In this document: positions 54,393 to 62,689 of the stretch, one piece after another
Layout of the letters: every line of letters begins with the position of its first letter
How positions within the stretch are numbered: position 1 is the first letter of the stretch
Source of the DNA: Octopus bimaculoides
Lineage: Eukaryota
NCBI RefSeq assembly: GCF_001194135.2
Contig: NC_068999.1
Coordinates: 54,206,905 to 54,270,904 of the forward strand
Length of the DNA stretch: 64,000 bases
Reading direction: 5' to 3'
Translations under genes and position numbers: made by a program
The notes under the pieces: generated by a model
What the model was told of the DNA's origin: nothing
What the model saw: the letters and a program-made list of their open reading frames with translations, nothing else
The model's database searches: none

Positions 54393-57300
54393 TCACTCAC
54401 CAATATCAACCCTTTGAAACAAGTCTATTGTCCTTGGGTTCAAGCCAGCTTTAAATAAACAATAATTCAGATTAAACAGTAACCTCACAAGATGTACCCA
54501 CTTCTACCAATTCCAGACCCAACAGTTTAGGAGGATCTGAGAGTTTATGAAAGGGCTGCAAGACACCCCTTCCCCCCACCCATCTACACACACTACACTA
54601 CATCTCATTCCATTCACCGCCATGTAAAAACACATGTATAATAGATGCTTCTTAAATGTCTTTGTCCATAGCTGTTCCCATAACTCCAAAAGTTAATGGT
54701 GCAGAGTTCTGGGACACTGAGAGACTGGCCAACATGTTTTAATTAATAATGGTTTTAAATTTTGGTACAAGGCCAGCAATTTCGAGGGAGGGTAATAACC
54801 AATTACATCAATCCCAGTACTCAACTAGTACTTATTTTATCGACCCTGAGAGGATGAAAGGCAAAGTCAACCTTGGCGGAATTTGAACTCAGGACATAGC
54901 AACAAACAAAATGCTGTTAAACATTCTAAATAACTTGAGATACTCATTCTGCTTTGGTTTTGTTACCTTTTTTCTTCTCATATATATATATGTGTGTGTG
55001 TGTGTCTTTGTGTCTGTGCTTGTCCCTCACCATCGCTTGACAACCGTTGTTGGTGTGTTTATATCCCCCATAACTTAGTGGTTCAGCAAAAGTGACCGAT
55101 AGAATAAGTACTAGGCTTACAAAGAATAAGTCCTGGGCTCAATTTCATTGACTAAAAAAAACCCTTTAAGGCGGTGCTCCAGCATGGCCACAGTCAAATG
55201 ACTGAAACAAGTAAAAGAATAAAAGAATATGATGAGGGTCCCCCGTGTCTCAAAGTCTCCAACTTCCACACATAAACACACACACATATATATACAGAAA
55301 TAAACATACCTGCTTGTGTATGTCTAACTTATCTATTTCTGTTAACACCCAACCAATGCTTCCATCTCCTCCACACACTAAAATTCGAAACTGGTTAAAT
55401 TTCTGAAACAACCTTAAACTGCAAAGAAAAGAAGAAAAATAAAGAACAACTGAAATAATTTTTAAAAGACAATATAATTTTCTGAAAAAAAATATTACCA
55501 AACAATGAAAATATTACAAAACAAAATTCAGACTTGAAATTCAAACTCACTCTATTTTTTTTTTTCAACTAGTAACATGAAAACATATTGGTGAATATGT
55601 AAAATGTTTAACTTAATAATGCTAGTGAGAGTAATATAAAATGTAAACATTAATTTCACTGGCAGAATAATGTGGGAAGACAAAAGGAAAGAAAATCTGT
55701 TGAAAAACAAAACCAATAACATTTATGGGGTGTAAATACAATGAACAATTGCCTCTATGGCTTTGTACTGGAGATGATCTCCAAGTTGATGTGCCTGGCT
55801 AAACAAAGATTGGTGGAAAACAGTGTGAATGGCTTCTAGTTATATGTGGTGAAGCTATTGCTTCTATTCAAACCTTAACAAGTGATGAGGGTAATTTATT
55901 TACCAGGCGAATTCAATACAGCCATAGTGTATATTATAAACTGGAGCTGAAAGAAGGAAAAATTTACATTTTGTTTATGGAAGGGACCATGTATCAATTG
56001 TAACTAGATACTAGACAAAAATTTTCTGATATATTCACAGGATTGAGGTAAAAGAAAATGTAATGGTTTTCAAATTAGCATTGCTTCCCATCTCTTCAGA
56101 AGTTAAGTAACCATGATCAAAGGTAGGTATGACTTTTGATAGTCATATCGAGAGCTTCTCACTGTCAGAAATATTTCTAAATTGTTTGAGCTTTTATCTA
56201 CCACTATTATTGTGGATTCTCCTTCTCAGAGCTGAAACAAAACATCAAGAGATAAATCACTGCTTCAAATTCTGGCACAAAGCAAGCAATTTGGTGGGGA
56301 GGAGTAGTCCAGTTACATCAACCCCAGTACTTGACTGGTACTTTATTTATCAACCCCGAAAGGATGAAAGGCAATATCTTCACCAGTGGAATTTGCACTC
56401 AGAAAGTAATGAGTTGGAAGTCATGCCACGAAGCATTTTTTGCAATGCACTAACAATTCTTCCAGCTCACCAAGAAACCAACATGAAAAGGTTCTACCAT
56501 AAGACAATTCAATAATATAAGCAGATGTTGTGATGATAGATGAAATAACTTACCCTGGGTATGGACCTCCATTCATAAGATCAAAGACCTGTGCAGGATT
56601 TAACAACTGCTTAAATCGCCGTAAAAACTTAACACCCTAAAATTTGAAAAAGAAATTACATTTCAGGACTTCCATTGAGATATAGATAACATATGTAACA
56701 AATGTGTCTCACACACTGAGGCACACACATACATATATGTGTGCGTGTATGTATGTATATGTATATATATATATATGCTGAAACCCCCTCCGGTCATGAC
56801 TGACCATGGGATTGCACCTAGAAAGTTACCCTCCCAGGTACAAGTCCAGGCAAGGTCGTTTATGGAAGACCAGCAGTCGCCCATGCATACCGGCCTCCCC
56901 TCTCCCTGCCACCAGTGTTATTCCATGGGATAGGCAAAGCTTGATACAGTTTGGCACCAGTGACGTCACAACTCATTTCTACAGCTGAGTGAACTGGAGC
57001 AACTTGAAAGAAAGTGTCTTGCTCAAGAACACAACACGCAGCCTGGTCCGGGATTCGGACTCACAACCTCATGATCGTAAGTTCAACACTGTAACTACTG
57101 ATCCATGCGCCTTCACATATATATATATATATATACAAAGGTCTGATCAACAAGTATCCAGACTGTTGCCATAGTAATGAAGCTAAAGCATGCAGAGTGA
57201 AGCTGCTTGGCAAAGACTGACCATGAACTCTGCTATGAATGCGCACTAAGTGTTAACGTTCTAGCTCACTTCCGCTGTTTACAGCAGTGCTTGGAAGGAA

Positions 57301-59401
57301 GGTGTGTAGTGTATGAGAATTGCATTGACCATGACAGAGAAAGCTGTCACGGTGATACCTGCTCCAAGGCCTACGCAAAGTTGCAGAAAGTGTATGGTTC
57401 AGGCATTTCCAAGATGACCAAAAAAACGTTGATATTGATGAACATTCTGGGAGACCCGCAACCAGCAGAACTGAGAAAAACATGACAGATGTGCATGCAG
57501 CTGTGAGGGGAAACCGTCGAATCACCATCTGCAAGTTATCAGAGAATGTGCAGATTAGTTACAGTTCAGTTCCGTCCATTGTCACTGAAGATTTGGGTAT
57601 GAGACGCATGTTGCCAAGTTTGTGCCAAAACTGCTTTTGGCTGATCAAAAAGACATTCAAGTTTCAGTCACACAAGATCTCCTTGATTGAGTCAAGAATG
57701 ATAAAAACTTTTTGAAAACTTTGCATAGGCCTCTGAGCAAGTATCACCAAGCTTTTGACAAAATCTGATGCAGATTCTCTGCTCAATTTTTTCTGTCATG
57801 GTCAATGTGACAATCACATGCTACAGACCTTCCTTCCAAGCACTGCTGTAAACAGCGGAAGTGAGCTAGAACATTAAAACTTAGTGCACATGCTCAGCAG
57901 AGTTCAAGGTCAAGCTGTGCCAAGTGGCTTTACTCTGCATACTTTAGCTTCGTTACTATGGCAACAGTCCGGATATTTATTCATCAGACCATGTATATAT
58001 GAGACAGGTATCTCTGTTTCTGTTTACCAAATCCACTCACAAAGCTTTGGTTGGCTTGGGGCTATAGTAGAAAACACTTGCATGAGATGTTGTGCAGTGG
58101 AGACTCAACACAAGATCACATGGTCAGGAAGCAAGTTTCTTAACCACACAGCCATGCCTGCACCTAATTACATAATTAAATATAGTAACAAAGAAATATG
58201 CTAATTCATTGATTTGAATTTTAATTAATTAATTCAGGTTACAAATCTCTGATCAATAGGACAATATGGAGAAAACACAAAAACAAGGTTTACAAATAAT
58301 TTTCCAATACAATTTGCTGTACCCACCAGCAACAAGTTACATGGCCTAGTGGTTATAGTGTTTGGCATACAATCATAGGGTTGTGGGTTCAATTCCTGGC
58401 CCAGGCAACAGACTAAGTCCTTGCTTCAGTTTAGTCAACTCAAATGAGTCCAAATCAAGTGATGGTACAACCCTTTTCCCGTTTTTATTTCTAGCCATCA
58501 CATCCTGGACATTCTGTAGCAAAAGCATGGTGCATACAACCAAATTACAGAAATGACTTGTGAATGATGGTACGGAGGCGGAGGTATCGTTTTCGGTTGT
58601 GTTTGTTTGTTGGTTTATCCATGGACAAGATATCTCAAGAACTGCTGGATGGATTCTGATGAAACTTTCAGGGATGTTTGGCCTCGTGACTAGCATGAAC
58701 TGATTAGATTTTTAGATCAATCCGGTACCAGACAAAGATTCTGGATTATTTTTCCAGTTTTTTACTTAATTTTTGAGAGCAGTTGGATTCAGTTTTAATA
58801 TTCTCATTTGTGAGAGCAGTCGAGTTTATTCCAGATATTCGCATTTAAAAAATCCTCTCTGGCTAATTGTTGAGAGGACGTTGGTGTTGCCTTGGCAGAG
58901 GTTTGCACTGAGTGCTCTTGTTATTATGGCAACAAGCTGGGAGAATTGTTAGCATGCCAGACAAAATGCTTAGTGGTATTTCACCTATCGCTACATTCGG
59001 AGTTTAAATTCTGCCAAGGTCAACTTTACCTTTCATCCTTTCATCATCATCATCGTTTAACGTCCGCTTTCCATGCTAGCATGGGTTGGACGATTTGACT
59101 GAGGACTGGTGAAACCGGATGGCAACACCAGGCTCCAGTCTGATTTGGCAGAGTTTCTACAGCTGGATGCCCTTCCTAACGCCAACCACTCAGAGAGTGT
59201 AGTGGGTGCTTTTACGTGTCACCCGCACGAAAACGGCCACGCTCGAAATGGTGTCTTTTATGTGCCACCCGCACAAGCCAGTCCAGGGGCACTGGCAACG
59301 ATCTCGCTCGAAAATCCTACAGGAGCCAGTCAGGCGGTACTTCAGAGTCAATAAAATAAGTACCAGTTGAACACTGGGGTCGATGTAATCAACTCATCCC
59401 C

Positions 59402-59455
<54 letters not shown>

Positions 59456-62168
59456 CTATTTATTTATTTATTTATGCATTTATTTAATCTTTCTCCAGAG
59501 AAAAAAAAAAAATTAATTAAACTCACCTGGTTGTCTCCACTTTTGGAATTAACAAATACTAACAAAGGACTGGTGCCTGCAGGCCTAGTTGCCTCCCAGA
59601 ACCCATCAGAGTCCATACTGTTGATGGCAATTGGTGGTAGAATAGATACTCGACACTGGCCAAAAGGACACTTTGCTGGCATCTTTTCTCGACAACCGAT
59701 GTGAACCTGAAGGATAATTAAAACAATTAACAACTGTAGAACAAAAAGTAAGGTAAATGATCAAGCAAGAGAGATAGAGATGTTGAAAACAGAAGAATGA
59801 TTCTTTTAGATATTTTTTTTACTGGTTTCAGTCATTAAATCCACGCTGGGGCATTACCCTCTAGAGTAGTGTCAATGATATCAGCTCAAATACTTATGTT
59901 TATCAAACAATAATTATATTACCAAACCTAGCTTCAGCGAGATTTGATCTCAAAACATAAAGAGACTTAAGTGCAACAAATCATGTTGTCCAGTGTTCTA
60001 CTGATTCTCCTATCTGCCACAATTCTACTACTACTAATAATAATTTCTTTCTTTGCCACAAGGGTCACACAGGTACAAAACATTTCAAGGCTACCTTCAG
60101 CAATTTAGCTTATTACATCAACCTCCCCAAAACTTATTTTACTGATCTGAAAAGGATGAGTAGTAAAGCGGATGTAGGGAGGAATTGAAATTAGAATTAT
60201 AAAGGAGAATAACCAAGGAGCAGGAAATGCAGTTAAGAAGTTCATTTTGCAACAAAGTGGCTTTAAGTTCAGTCCCACTGCACTGCACCTATAGTCCTGA
60301 GCTGACTAATGCCTAGTGGTGAAATTTATAGGCTGAAACTGCAGGAAGCCTGTCACACATGTACATGCATGTGTGTGTGTGTGGGGGGGGGGGGGAGAAT
60401 AAACACTGATATCCCACATTGTCAATGCTTGGACAGACGAGTGGTTTATGTTGACATTATGACCAGTTGCTCAGCACTTTCAAAAACCTCTAGTGAAAAA
60501 AACAACAACTTAAAAACAGGTAAGGTTACCAACAAGAAGAGCATCCAACCCTAAAATCTTGCACCACAAATAACTCCCAGGTGCAGGCATTGTTGTGGTT
60601 AGGAAGCTTGCTTTTCAATCACATGGTTTTGGGTTCAGTCCCACTGTGTGGCACCTTGGACAAGTGTCTTCTGCTATAACCTCTGATTGAATTTAGTAGG
60701 TGGAAGTCCCCATCATGTGTATACAAGTGTGTGAAAGTTCTTGTATCTCCTATAACAAGTAGGAGAGGGAAATCCATGCCAGCATGTAAAAACAGACATT
60801 AAATAAATTTTATCTAATGTTACTCTACTGGTTTCTGCCATCAGTCTACCAAAGACTAAACGAATGTTCTGCTTACCATTGCTCGACACCAGATGCACCG
60901 CCAATCTTGTAGACGTAAAACGCTGCCACAGGTTTTTTCACAGACATTACACTTGGCACTGACAGGCAGGTTCCCTTCCAGCCATTGATGTGGCATGTGT
61001 ATCTGCAGAACAGACATGAGAACTTTAAAAAAAAAAACAATAAATTCATCTCAAAAATAAAAACTTTTGCAATACCACAAAATATACAAAAATAGATGAG
61101 GGAACAGGGAATGCTTTACATAGTCACTTGACCTTCTAGAAATGTGTATCTGCAGAACAGAAATGAGAACTTTCAAAATAAACTACAAATACATCTCATA
61201 AATTAAAACTTTGCAATGCCACAAATTAAACAAAATTAGATGAGGAACAGGAGATGCTTTACATCAGTGGTTCTCAACTGGGGTCCATACGGTCCTTGGG
61301 GGAGGGGAGAGTCATCCTCATCACCGTTGTCATTTGACGTCCACCTTCTATGCTGGCATGGGTTGGACAGTTTGACAGGAGCTGGCCAGGCAGGAGCCTG
61401 CACCAGACTTCTGAGTCTGTTTTGGCAGGGTTTTTATGGCTGGGTGCCCTTCCTAACCCCCAACCACCCAGCAAAGAATGTGGTTAAGATTTATGTGCAA
61501 TAAATTGCTTATACTTCGAAAATACATTTTCTTATTATACAATTCCTAAAAATATTTAATTATAAGAATACAGTAGGATGTTCTTTTATATATACCAAAT
61601 GGCTATGAAGATCCAGTAGAGTAAACTAGGAACCGAAGGTCTCCATAGGCAAAAAATGGTTGAGAACCACTGCTTTACATGGTCATTTGACCTGCTAGAA
61701 ATAGCAGCTAAAAGTATCTCAAATCACACCCTGCCATCTTAAAAAAAAAACAAAATGGTTAATGAAGTCCTATATACGCCAGGTTTGAATAAATGACATG
61801 ATAGTCGTAGAAGGAACACCTTTAATCACAGGTCTGCTAGATCAGGGCTGGTCTAAAGATAAGCAACACAGAATGGCAAAGATGATGTAGTCTTAAGTAC
61901 ACCGTGTCTAAGTAAAAGATTGGAACACCTTTGAGTATAGGTCTGCTCAATCATGATTGGCCTGGGATTAAACAACAACAACAGCCTGAGAAAAAGTCTG
62001 CTTTTTATCTTAACCAATTTATTCATGATTCTGAGGAACACCTACAACAGTGTTGTCGTTCTTCAAGCTGTTGTTGGGTCGCCCCTTTAAGGCCAACTGG
62101 AACAATTCTATGGTATACAGGTGAACAGTATTGTAATACAGTAACCAACATTTCTATTACTTTTATTC

Positions 62169-62246
<78 letters not shown>

Positions 62247-62338
62247 NNNNNNNNNNNNNNNNNNNNNNNNNNNNNNNNNNNNNNNNNNNNNNNNNNNNNN
62301 NNNNNNNNNNNNNNNNNNNNNNNNNNNNNNNNNNNNNN

Positions 62339-62404
<66 letters not shown>

Positions 62405-62648
62405 ATGTATGACAGTAAGGCAGGCAGACATATAAACAGAAGTGTGTGAGAGAGAGAGAGAGAGAGAGAGTGAAGGTATAAGATAAAGAGAGACATTGTG
62501 TGAATGGATAAGAGAGAGTGAGTATTTGAGTGAGACAGAAAGAGAGTGTGTATGAATATAAGAGAGACAATGTATGAATGAGAGAGAATATAAGTGTGAG
62601 AGAGAATGTGTGTATGAGAGAGAAAGTATAAGAGTGAGACAGAGTAAG

Positions 62649-62689
<41 letters not shown>

